Shown: positions 29,680 through 39,600 of the stretch, in pieces | How the letters are laid out: each line of letters opens with the position of its first letter | How positions within the stretch are numbered: position 1 is the first letter of the stretch | Source: Fibrobacteria bacterium | Lineage (GTDB): Bacteria > Fibrobacterota > Chitinivibrionia > Chitinivibrionales > FEN-1185 | Direction: 5' to 3' | Assembly (NCBI GenBank): GCA_037447435.1 | Contig: JBBIGR010000003.1 | Span: forward strand, 1-64,000 | DNA length: 64,000 bases | The notes under the pieces: model-generated | Seen by the model: only the letters and a program-made list of their open reading frames with translations | Database searches by the model: none | Told to the model about the DNA's origin: nothing | Made by a program: the position numbers and the translations under genes

Positions 29680-30300
29680 ATGAACCTTGCAAAACTTTTT
29701 TTTCCTTTTTCTTTTCTCCTGCTGGTTTTTTCTTGTCAAATATTTTCGCAGGACTTGAATGCGGGAACAAGGGAACCGATTGTGATATACGGCGGACTCC
29801 TGCATCAGCACCAGGATTTCTATCACAAGGCATTTTCATTAACAGGCTTGGAAGCTTGTGCAATAGTTAACCATCAACTTTTTCTTGGAGTGTACGGTTC
29901 TACGTTTGTTTCAAATCTAAAAGTCGAAAATGCAGGCAGTTTCCAATATGTCCATTTATGGGAAGCTGGCTTGACATTTGGAACATCGATGAATGACTCC
30001 AACTTTTTCCACCCCGGGTTTATTTTAAATGCCGGGTACGTTTCTCTGTCTCAGGATCAAGAGGATTTTTCCATGGTACGGAATGCAGACCCGGAAATCA
30101 GGATGGCCGGAATGGTTTTGGCCCCCCAGATTTATGGAGAACTTAATATCACAAAATGGTTGCGGTTCAGGACAGGGCTTTCGTATGGAGTTTATGCCTT
30201 CGACGATCAGGGACTGATAAAGGAAACCGACCTGCAAAATGTCGCTTTTGATTTTGGGTTTATTTTTGGAGCATTCAGCAAAAGCAAAAGCCTGTTGTAA
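29680..30300 (+). CDS. Putative small outer-membrane beta-barrel protein
   Basis: Signal peptide; alternating Gly/aromatic strands; ends FDFGFIFG plus a short tail. Confidence 0.6.
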   Translation: MNLAKLFFPFSFLLLVFSCQIFSQDLNAGTREPIVIYGGLLHQHQDFYHKAFSLTGLEACAIVNHQLFLGVYGSTFVSNLKVENAGSFQYVHLWEAGLTFGTSMNDSNFFHPGFILNAGYVSLSQDQEDFSMVRNADPEIRMAGMVLAPQIYGELNITKWLRFRTGLSYGVYAFDDQGLIKETDLQNVAFDFGFIFGAFSKSKSLL

Positions 30301-30357
30301 GGATTACGATAAAAGAATGGTCAGGTTGGCGATATTACTCGCCTGGCAAAATCCATT

Positions 30358-32640
30358 CTAATTGTTTTTTTTCGGTTCCATAACTGCGAGGTTTTTTGCC
30401 GCTTCGGCATTCTGCGGGTTGACGGTTAGTACTTTTTGCCACAAATCCATTGCTTTTTTTAATTCGTTCATTTTGTAATACACCATACCGAGGTTGAATA
30501 AAGCCTTTTCAAAGTCCGGCTTTGCAGCCAGGGCAAGGGAATATTCTTTTTTTGCAGCAGGAAGGTTGTTTTGGTCCAGGTAAATATCAGCCAGGCTGCA
30601 ATGCACATCGAACGAATTCGGATCGATCGCAAGGGCTTTTGCATATTCGGAAATAGCCGGGGCATAGGAGTGATTCTTGATGGAAATTAAGGCCAGGTTC
30701 GCATGCGCATTTATGAGCGCCTCGGCGTTTTCTTTTTCTGTATTGGTTATGCAGTTTTGAAGCAGCTTTTGACGTAGACCCGCTTTTTTACCTGTCGAAA
30801 TGACTTTTTGATAATATACCAGCGCGCTGTCCATTTGCCCGAGGAAAGCGAATGTTGTTGCAAGATTGCAATAGGCCATCAGGAAACTGCTATCCAGCTT
30901 AATTGCTTCATGAAAATGAATCGCGGCTTCATCCGGTTTGTTTTGCATGGTGAGGATGGTTGCAAGGTTATAATGCGCTTGTGAATTTTTAGGATTAATC
31001 GAAAGTGCCTTGTTGTAAAGCGTCAGCACGCTGCTGCTTAAATCGAACGCCGTAATGTATTCTCGTGCGGCCCGCATATAGCTGACATCGCTTACGAATC
31101 GTTCCCGTATATATGAAATTGCGGTGTCTGCTGCATTGACGAATTCGGGAATGTTCGCAGCCCGATCTTTTGCGGTCATCCAGTCGAGCAGGACCGGCGG
31201 GGAGTCCATACCCTTTTCATCGATATGCGTCAAATAGAGTTGCGTATAGATGGAAAGCCCTTTCGAGGAAAAGACCATCCATTTTCCGTTCGGCGAAAAA
31301 CTGTGCCAGGAATTCATCAGGCTGCGGTTGCATTTCATGAGCCGCGGCTCTCCGCCGCCGGCGGGCATGATAAAGAGCTTGCTGTCGGGCTGGAGCAGGC
31401 TGAAATTCGCTGATTTACAAAAAACAATCCACTTTCCGTCGGGAGAGATTCTGGGAAAATAATTGCTCATGCCGTTATTTGATGCGCCAGGAAGCAATGT
31501 CGCCGCTCCTCCTTTGGCATTGTTGAAGGGGACGCAGCAAATATCATAGCGGAAAGGCTTGCCGTTTTTCAAAAAATCCGCGCATTCCGCTGCCGTTAAA
31601 AGCACTTGATTGTTTTTGACGTCCAGATGAAAAGCCTTGCTCCGTATAAAATAAACGGTTTTACCATTCGGTGACCACACCGGGTTGCTTTGCACGAATT
31701 GGGGATCGTTTGCCCCTTGCAATTCCGTGAATTCCTTTTTTTGGGGCCGGTATAATGCCAAAATACCCTTGATCGGAAAGAAAAGCTGAGAAAAATCCAA
31801 TTGCGGTTTTGCAACGAATACCGAATGGTCTTTCACGGTACTTATGACCCAATTCCCATCCGGGGATATTTGTGATAACAATCCGAAGGTTTTTTGCTTG
31901 TCCTGCTTTTTGAAATCGCTCCAGGTCATGATGGTGGAGCTATCGAGAGTCATGGATCTGCCCACGTGAACAATCGCATATGATCCCTTGTCGTTTGCAT
32001 AATCGACATCCATTCCCATAACTTTGCCGTTCGCCGAAAACGAATGGCAGTTTCCGCAAACGGGAAGGTTTTGGAGTACTACGGGAGGAGGGATATTTTT
32101 TGAAATCGAACCGAATCGCCACCGGATTTTAGAAGGGTCTTTGACCGCTTCGTTGAACGGAAGGTTTACTTCCCGATAAAACAGGGGAGCGCCGACGCTG
32201 TCGGTCGATGTGCGGATCGATATTTTCCCCAATGAATATGAAGAAAAATTGCGTATGCCGATTATCGATATATTTGCATTTTGTTCATGGGAATGTTGTT
32301 TTATTTGTTGCCAAAGGGTTTCGGATGGAATCCAATGCGAACTATCGGAGAATACATTGACAGGAGAAAAACCGTCTTGGAAGGAAATGCTGATCAACCA
32401 TTTTCTTATTCGTTTATTTCCTTCCTCCCAGCGAAATGAGGGCGCGCAAATCTCGGGAGGAAAAACCGTACTGTCGAATGGAAATAAAAGCGGAATTTTC
32501 TGCACGGAGTCATGCGCTTTGCTAGTTTGTACTATGTAATAATTTGGAGTGTTTACCAGTTTAATTATAAAAAAGCAACAAATAAAAACAAGAACAAAGA
32601 ACCCTGCACTGGCAGTTTGCAACTTTATTTTCGACTTCAT
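30358..32640 (-). CDS. Exported TolB-like (PD40) beta-propeller protein with a CxxCH motif and C-terminal TPRs
   Basis: N-terminal hydrophobic anchor; VCGNCHSFS; ISPDG, WSPNG, ISPDGKWIVF and FSPNGKW repeats; multiple TPRs (AHYNLA..., ALFNLG...). Confidence 0.85.
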   Translation of the reverse strand: MKSKIKLQTASAGFFVLVFICCFFIIKLVNTPNYYIVQTSKAHDSVQKIPLLFPFDSTVFPPEICAPSFRWEEGNKRIRKWLISISFQDGFSPVNVFSDSSHWIPSETLWQQIKQHSHEQNANISIIGIRNFSSYSLGKISIRTSTDSVGAPLFYREVNLPFNEAVKDPSKIRWRFGSISKNIPPPVVLQNLPVCGNCHSFSANGKVMGMDVDYANDKGSYAIVHVGRSMTLDSSTIMTWSDFKKQDKQKTFGLLSQISPDGNWVISTVKDHSVFVAKPQLDFSQLFFPIKGILALYRPQKKEFTELQGANDPQFVQSNPVWSPNGKTVYFIRSKAFHLDVKNNQVLLTAAECADFLKNGKPFRYDICCVPFNNAKGGAATLLPGASNNGMSNYFPRISPDGKWIVFCKSANFSLLQPDSKLFIMPAGGGEPRLMKCNRSLMNSWHSFSPNGKWMVFSSKGLSIYTQLYLTHIDEKGMDSPPVLLDWMTAKDRAANIPEFVNAADTAISYIRERFVSDVSYMRAAREYITAFDLSSSVLTLYNKALSINPKNSQAHYNLATILTMQNKPDEAAIHFHEAIKLDSSFLMAYCNLATTFAFLGQMDSALVYYQKVISTGKKAGLRQKLLQNCITNTEKENAEALINAHANLALISIKNHSYAPAISEYAKALAIDPNSFDVHCSLADIYLDQNNLPAAKKEYSLALAAKPDFEKALFNLGMVYYKMNELKKAMDLWQKVLTVNPQNAEAAKNLAVMEPKKNN

Positions 32641-32726
32641 GCCCCCTCCTTGCCAAAATGTACATCACGGCACAACGGCTTGTGCAACCACTTTTCCGCG
32701 GAATGGTTCTAGGCGATAAAACAATA

Positions 32727-34625
32727 TTAATGCGTATCTAAAGAGAGCGGATCTGCTTTTTCCGGAACAACAACCGTACCCAGATAGCGGTCGAGAGTGA
32801 GCAGAACAAACCGTAAATCTAAGTTTCTTCGGTCTAAAAACAGGACTTCGGATCCGATTCCTTCCGCAATCGCCTTTTTCTGCGGCATGGAATCAAGGAG
32901 AAAAACCTTTAGCGGAGACGGCTGTTTGTTTTGTTCTTTCTCATCGTCATAAAACATGATATCGAGGGGAAAACCTTTGTCTGGAATGAAAATAATTACC
33001 TTTGACTGCGTATACAGGTCCGGAGTGAATTGCGTGGTGATCTTTACGGTAAAGCCGCTATTGCGAAGCGCGGTGACAAGCGGGTGATAGGAAAATCTTT
33101 TATTGAATACGACGATAATATCTATTAATTCACCTTCCTCGCGTGTCTTTGTTATAAAAAAGTTTTTGGGCGAAATATTAAGATATTTACAGAGGGTATA
33201 AAGATCCCTGAAAATGGAACTGAAAAATATTTCCATCGGACCGCTTTGCAATCGGAGGTCCTTGAGCATTTCAAAAGGGATTTCTTCGAGAATTTCGTCG
33301 CAGGAATGTCCGATGTTCATGGCTTTGGCCAAAACGTCCGCCACATAAACGGATTCCTGGATGATGCGGTCCATGGGTGTAGGGCAGTCAAGGATGTGAC
33401 CGGGTTTATGGTGGTTTAAAATCGCCAGGCATATTGAAGACGGAAAATTCCATTTTGTCGTGAGATAATGTCCCAGTTCCGAATGCGTGAAATTCATCAG
33501 CTTTGTTTCGATTTTGTAAAACGAGGTGACCGAATTGGTGGTTTCTTCCAATAATTTTGGAAAAAGCATTTCAAAATTATTATCAAGGGGAATTTTGCCT
33601 AAATCGTGGATAAGGCCCGAAATGAAGGCGAGTTCCGGTTTTACATGCCCCGAATCCTTGCAAAGTTTTTCCGCTATGAGAGCGACACCAAGGGAATGCA
33701 GCCAAAATTCGTCTCGTGAAAACCCATAATTTTTCCGGTGTTCCGGCGACATATCGATAAGTGCCAGGCAAGCCAATAAATTATTGGTTTCCCTGAAACC
33801 GAGCCGCACAACCGCTTCCTTGACTTCCGTTACTCTGCTTCCCCGTTTAGCATAATATACCGCATTGGCGACTTTTAGTATTGCCGTTGATGCCGCCAAA
33901 TCGGTTTCAATGCATTTGGCGAGCTCATTGCAACAACTGGCATCAGAGCCGATTATATCGAGCGCTTTTATCACGGTAAAAGGAAATGCCCATTGTCTAT
34001 GGATAACGCTTTCCACGGCACGAAGCTTTGCTTCAAGACCTACGGAATTGTCGAATAATTTAGGGGCGATGATTCTGTCTGCATTGGCAGTATCGATTTC
34101 AGCTGAACCCGTATAGGTGAGAGTTTGATTAGTGTTTACCAGAAGGGTTTCAACACGCTTGAGCAGGTCGGCAAAATTAAAGGGATATTCCAAGATATTG
34201 ATAATATTGCTTGTTGATATCGGGTCGTCGGAAATTAATTCCTTTTTCAGATTTTCTATAAGATATTTGATTGTGCCGGGTATGACCACCAGTACCGGAA
34301 TGCGTTTTGTCCGTAATGATTTTTGCAATCGGGCGACAAGCAAAACATCTTTAGTATTATTCGGTGTAATGTCGGCTATTATCAGGTCTGGCAGAAACTG
34401 GTTCGACTTAATCATTGCCAAATATGGGGTATTTGAATTAATAATTCGGTAATTGCATTGCATTAATGCTACATTTAATATGTCACCGATTCGTTCCCTG
34501 GTCGAGAAAAGCAGGATAACGGGTTTTGCCGAATCTTTTGATTCTGAGGAAGACGGATGTTTTTCCATGGTATTCTTTATAGTAGCATGTAAAAACAAGG
34601 ACGTCAAGCTTTCTTGGGAAAACAA
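32727..34625 (-). CDS. HDOD-domain protein with a degenerate N-terminal receiver domain
   Basis: D-x-AASTAILKVAN, AVVRLG, FWLHS, GLIHDLGK, HSELG...KWNFP; N-terminal PDLIIAD. The start may be at the later MEKH. Confidence 0.85.
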   Translation of the reverse strand: MFSQESLTSLFLHATIKNTMEKHPSSSESKDSAKPVILLFSTRERIGDILNVALMQCNYRIINSNTPYLAMIKSNQFLPDLIIADITPNNTKDVLLVARLQKSLRTKRIPVLVVIPGTIKYLIENLKKELISDDPISTSNIINILEYPFNFADLLKRVETLLVNTNQTLTYTGSAEIDTANADRIIAPKLFDNSVGLEAKLRAVESVIHRQWAFPFTVIKALDIIGSDASCCNELAKCIETDLAASTAILKVANAVYYAKRGSRVTEVKEAVVRLGFRETNNLLACLALIDMSPEHRKNYGFSRDEFWLHSLGVALIAEKLCKDSGHVKPELAFISGLIHDLGKIPLDNNFEMLFPKLLEETTNSVTSFYKIETKLMNFTHSELGHYLTTKWNFPSSICLAILNHHKPGHILDCPTPMDRIIQESVYVADVLAKAMNIGHSCDEILEEIPFEMLKDLRLQSGPMEIFFSSIFRDLYTLCKYLNISPKNFFITKTREEGELIDIIVVFNKRFSYHPLVTALRNSGFTVKITTQFTPDLYTQSKVIIFIPDKGFPLDIMFYDDEKEQNKQPSPLKVFLLDSMPQKKAIAEGIGSEVLFLDRRNLDLRFVLLTLDRYLGTVVVPEKADPLSLDTH

Positions 34626-34801
34626 GTGCAGGATCTAAAACTGTTCGCGTTCCGATAACGCTTTTTTAGCATGACCGGGATAATGCCAATTATTTGTTGC
34701 TGCTGTGCCATATATTGTATCCCGGAATTATTTTAAATTTTGTTAAAGTTTGCTTTCGACATCTTTATGATTGGTACTACCATAAACAAAGGACATTCAA
34801 C

Positions 34802-35404
34802 ATGACGATTCGCAAACGTTCGGCGTTGCTGCTCTCTATTCTCTGTATTGCAGTGTCCAGTTTATACGCTCAAACGATTTCAGGGACCGTTATCGATGCG
34901 ATATCAAAGTCTCCTGTTGTCAATGCGAAAATAACGGTACTCGAGAACAAAAAAGAATACAAAACCGATGCTACGGGGTCGTATAAAATAGATTCGCTCG
35001 AAAAAGGAGATTATTCCATTCGGTTTGAAGCAGAATCATATATTAAACAGACCAAATCCGTCAAAATGGTTGCGGCCCAAGGAAATGTCGGAACAACGTC
35101 AATAACGCTGAATGTCGTTCTTTTTTCGGTTTCCTCAGAAGCCGACCAGGCAAAAGGCTCGATGGAAATCAAGTATTACTTTCCCGGGCATAATGAAGTG
35201 TCAATTGATGTGTGTGACGCAAACGACAAGATCGTAAAAACCGTGTTCGACCGATCCCGCAACGGCGGCATGCGGACATTTTTATGGAATGGGGCGGACA
35301 ATAAAGGCGTGCCGGTACCTGCGGGAAAATATACCTGCAAATTCAAATGCGGCAATTTGTATACCTCGCGCACCCTTGTTTGGAACGGCGAGCAAAAAAA
35401 GTAG
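34802..35404 (+). CDS. Secreted protein with carboxypeptidase-regulatory-like and FlgD-Ig-like domains
   Basis: Start placed at ATG 34802; signal peptide; ISGTVID...TDATGSY; WNGADNKG-x-PVPAGKY. Confidence 0.8.
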   Translation: MTIRKRSALLLSILCIAVSSLYAQTISGTVIDAISKSPVVNAKITVLENKKEYKTDATGSYKIDSLEKGDYSIRFEAESYIKQTKSVKMVAAQGNVGTTSITLNVVLFSVSSEADQAKGSMEIKYYFPGHNEVSIDVCDANDKIVKTVFDRSRNGGMRTFLWNGADNKGVPVPAGKYTCKFKCGNLYTSRTLVWNGEQKK

Positions 35405-35428
35405 AATAAATTAAGAATTACTAAAATC

Positions 35429-35456
35429 CGGTAGAGACTCTGTTACGTCTCTACCG
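35429..35456. repeat. GTAG-type REP-like palindrome
   Basis: CGGTAGAGAC-N8-GTCTCTACCG between convergent genes. Confidence 0.5.
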
Positions 35457-35477
35457 CAGACCTTCTATGTTTATATT

Positions 35478-36425
35478 TCAAAACCCGAATTTCTCCGTAA
35501 GCCATTTTTGAGCATCAAGAGCCGCCATACAGCCGCTTGCTGCCGCTGTTATTGCTTGACGGTATCTGAAGTCCTGTACATCTCCCGCCGCAAAAACTCC
35601 TTCGACCGATGTCATGGTGCTGCCTTGTTGTTTAAAGAGGTACCCTGTTTCGGTCAATGTAAATTGATTACCAAGAAACGATGTGTTAGGCTGATGGCCG
35701 ATTGCTTCAAAGGCGCCTGCAACCTCGAGCTGTGACACTTCGTTCGTAATTGTATCCCGTATTCTAAGGCCTCTCAACATGGAATCGCCCAGGAATTCCT
35801 CAACGGTCTTATTCCAAAGTATTTCAATTTTCTCATGCTGGCAGGCACGTTCCTGCATGATTTTACTGGCTCGCAAACTATCGCGCCTATGAATCAGGAA
35901 TACCTTTGAGCCGAATTTGGTCAAGTGCAGAGCCTCTTCAACAGCTGTATCGCCTCCGCCTATGACTGCCAAGGGTTTATTTCTGAAAACAGGCAATGCT
36001 CCATCGCAAACGGCGCAAGCCGAAATTCCCCGATTAAAGAATTTCTTTTCGGATGCCAGATTCAACCTGCGGGCAGTTGCTCCGGTGGCAATTATTAACG
36101 AATGAGATTGATAGGTATCGCCGCCGGAACTGGTAATAGTGAATGGGTTCGATTTTACTTCAATGCTTTCAATGTCTTCGGTGATGATTTTTGTACCGAA
36201 CCTGAGCGCTTGGGCGCGCATTTCAGCCATAAGTTTTTGCCCGCCAATGCCGTTTTGAAACCCGGGGAAATTTTCAATGATGGTAGTAATCATTAACTGT
36301 CCGCCGGGTATGCCGCCGGCTTGAAATCCTTCAAAAAGGAGCGGGGACAAATTTGCCCGGGCAGCATAGATTGCAGCTGTGAGTCCAGATGGGCCGGATC
36401 CAATTATAACGAGCTTTTCGGTCAT
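35478..36425 (-). CDS. trxB: Thioredoxin-disulfide reductase
   Basis: IIGSGPSG, GGQL, SACAVCDG, GGGDTA-x-EEA, HRRD, FAAGDV, RQAITAA. Start placed at ATG 36425 with a GGAGG RBS. Confidence 0.96.
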   Translation of the reverse strand: MTEKLVIIGSGPSGLTAAIYAARANLSPLLFEGFQAGGIPGGQLMITTIIENFPGFQNGIGGQKLMAEMRAQALRFGTKIITEDIESIEVKSNPFTITSSGGDTYQSHSLIIATGATARRLNLASEKKFFNRGISACAVCDGALPVFRNKPLAVIGGGDTAVEEALHLTKFGSKVFLIHRRDSLRASKIMQERACQHEKIEILWNKTVEEFLGDSMLRGLRIRDTITNEVSQLEVAGAFEAIGHQPNTSFLGNQFTLTETGYLFKQQGSTMTSVEGVFAAGDVQDFRYRQAITAAASGCMAALDAQKWLTEKFGF

Positions 36426-36638
36426 GAAGCCTCCTGTGTGCAAAACTTGAATTTAAATATTTCTATCGATATAATTGTATTGGCAGATAAAAGCTTAGTT
36501 AAAAGTACAAAACTGCATTGAACCCGAGGAGTTGCTAAAATTTTACTGTGACGAAAATCACTGATTCTTTTATCGTTTTATGCTACAATTAAATCGATAT
36601 CGCAAATTATTGGTTTATTCCTTTTTCCGGAGCGAGTA

Positions 36639-39600
36639 ATGAAAATTAAACGCATCGCAAATAAAATAATCATTTGCCTAGGAATGCTATGCTGTTTTTT
36701 CGAGGCAACGCATGCTCAGACGGCTGCACCGTCGATGTATACGGTTTCGGGCACGGTTGTTGCCGATAGCGGCAGGGCTGCGACAAGCGTTCGAATCATG
36801 TTCATCGATTCGTCCAATTATTCCAGGGATGTTATCGCAACCGCGACCGGCGGGTTTTCAATTATGTTGCCTGTTGGGACGTATAAAATACGTATCGAAG
36901 CGGTAGGCTATCCGATACAATATTTCAACGGCTCGGTAAATTCGGATTTGCCAATATTCAGATTGAGCGTTCTTGCCGATAAAAGTCTTTCGATTACCCT
37001 GACAAAAACACCGCAAAAGGCATTTCCAAGCTATGGCACGGTGAGCGGAATTGTCCTGGATTCCGTCGGGAGACCGCTGGTGGGAGCTGCGGTGGAATTG
37101 TTTATGCTCAGCTATAACGACGTTTCCGCGGTATTACAAACAGATAATACCGGGTATTTTTCCGCCACAGTACCGGCGTTGACGCATAATATGTCGGTCG
37201 TGTGGGGTGGGTATCCCAAGCAATATTGGACTCCGGGCGGCACGTCGATAAGTGCGACGCCTAATACCGTTTTTCAGGTTTTACCAAACGATACCGTACG
37301 ATTGACTATGAAATTAACGCAATATCCCGGCAACGGCACCCCTGTGTATCCGCCGGTTTACAATAACGGATACATTACGGGGAAGGTGCTTGTAAAAGCT
37401 TCCAACCTTCCTGCCACGGGAATGATTGTGTATGCGTTTCCACAAGACAGCTCCTTTTTGAAAACGACAATTTTTCCCGATCTGATGACCACTCCGTATT
37501 CCGATACGGTGCACGCCGACGGTTCTTATACGATAAAAAATCTATCGCTGGGTTCGTATTTGGTTTTTTGCCGCGGTGGCATTTACATGACACAATTTTT
37601 TCCTCAAACGGATAATTCCACAAATGCGGCTTTGATCCGCGTCGATTCTACCGGCAGAGTCGGCATTGATTTTTTTGTCAGACCTGCAGGGGCAATTGAA
37701 GGTCAGGTGAGTTCTGTACAAACAAATCTGAATTTGGATGGAATCATTGTGTATGCCAATCAGGTCGAAACAAATAAACAACTTTCCGCAACAACCTCTT
37801 TAGGCGGCAAATTTAAGATAACAGGATGCGCAACGGGTCGTTGGAGTCTTGCCGTGAATGGCGACCGGGGCTTTTTTATCGATTACACAAAAGGGACTCA
37901 GGATTATTATGTGACCGAAGGAATGACCGTAACGGGTGCAAATGTTCCGCTGTTACGCGGCGGATCTATTACAGGTCAAGTTATGGCGCCGCAAGACACG
38001 AATGCAACAAGCTCTTTCAACATTGCCTTGTTTCCCGATTCGGTACTGAGTGCAAGTAATCCGTATCCCTATGAAACCCAATCGGTATGGTGCTATCAAA
38101 AAAACGCTTCACAATTCACATCTTCCGTATGTCAACCAGGAACATACCGCTGTATCGCCGAACCCCAAATGCCGTACATTTCACGATATGGCTCTTGGGG
38201 ACCGGTTCCCTGTTGGTCGTATTCGATGGGGGCCGTCGGTCCGATACAATCGATACGCCAGGTTGCACCCATAACGATAGTTGCAGGCGATACCGCGCAA
38301 AACGCCTCGTTTCTATTTACAAAAGGGTTTTCGTTTTTATCATGGTTTTCGGTAGAGGACAAATCCGTGACGCCGCCGACGTGGGCACATGTCGACGCGT
38401 GCATAAAAGACGGTTCGAGTTATATTCCGATTTCTCACGGTTACATAACAAGCGGCGACAGTATGTTCCAGCTTGCCGGACTTGTTGACGGACAGGATTA
38501 CTTTCTGAGGGCGGATGCCGAAGGATATCCGACGCAATGGTGGGGAAGCGGCAATGTCATGAGCTCCGATCCTTCATCGCCGTATCATTTTTCAGTGTCC
38601 CAATTCACGATGCCGAAAATAAAAATGCTCCGGGTTCCCTCAGGTTTCAAGAGCAATTATATCCCATTATCGATTACGACTACGATGGATTCGCTTAAGA
38701 ATCTCGTCGTTTCATGGAATGCCGACGTGTCGATGAAGGTCGATACGTTTTTCTTATATAGTAAAGACCGAAACGGCCTCGTTAAAATGGTGCTTTCGCT
38801 GCCTTTCGATCCGACGACGCAGAAATATTCGTGGAGGGAATTGCGGGATTTGTCTATAAACCAGTATTCATATATCGTTGTCGGAAAAGGCAAGACCTAT
38901 ACGATACGATCCTCGGTAGCGGGATACGATTTTTCAAGCTTTAACCAGCCTGCGCAAGATTCGCTGTATTTCAGCGTCTACGGTGATCACCACGGAATAT
39001 CCATGAATTGGTCTGCCGGTAAATCTTATGTTGCAAGTGACAAGGATACTGTTTCCCTTTATAAGCTCGGCGATGCCGGAGTATGGGCGGTTCTTATGAA
39101 ACAGCCGGCGTCTAACACTTGGATTTCCGATAATAAATGGGATAAGGTTAAAGATGCGGGTAAAACATTCTCGTATAAAATCGAGCTCGGGTCAAACGGA
39201 ATTGCTAAAAAGGTTTCAGGGGTCCGTTCGTTTACTCTTGACAATACATTCGTGAGCTCGTTGTCGAATAGTTATTCGGTAGGACCCTCGGAAACGTATA
39301 AAAAAATCCAGGACGCGGTGAACGCAGCCAACGATTTCGACGATATCGAGATAATGCCCGGTACGTATTTCGAGAATATCGATTGCAAAGGCAAGGTGTT
39401 ATCGTTTAACGGCCAGTGGAACAACGGCGTCGCACCGGTAATCGATGCGAACGGCGGTACCGCTTTTAAGGTTCCGTTTTGCGCAAAAGGAGGAATTAAC
39501 GATAATGTTTCGATTTCGGGTTTAAAAATACAAAATGCGCTTGTCGGCGTTAATTCGTCGGCGACAATAAATCTGAATCAATGCCTTTTTGTAAATATCG

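Noticed and set aside
29313..29870. Several 60-99 aa ORFs in the AT-rich spacer
   Set aside because: They are mutually overlapping, compositionally biased and have no RBS or motifs.
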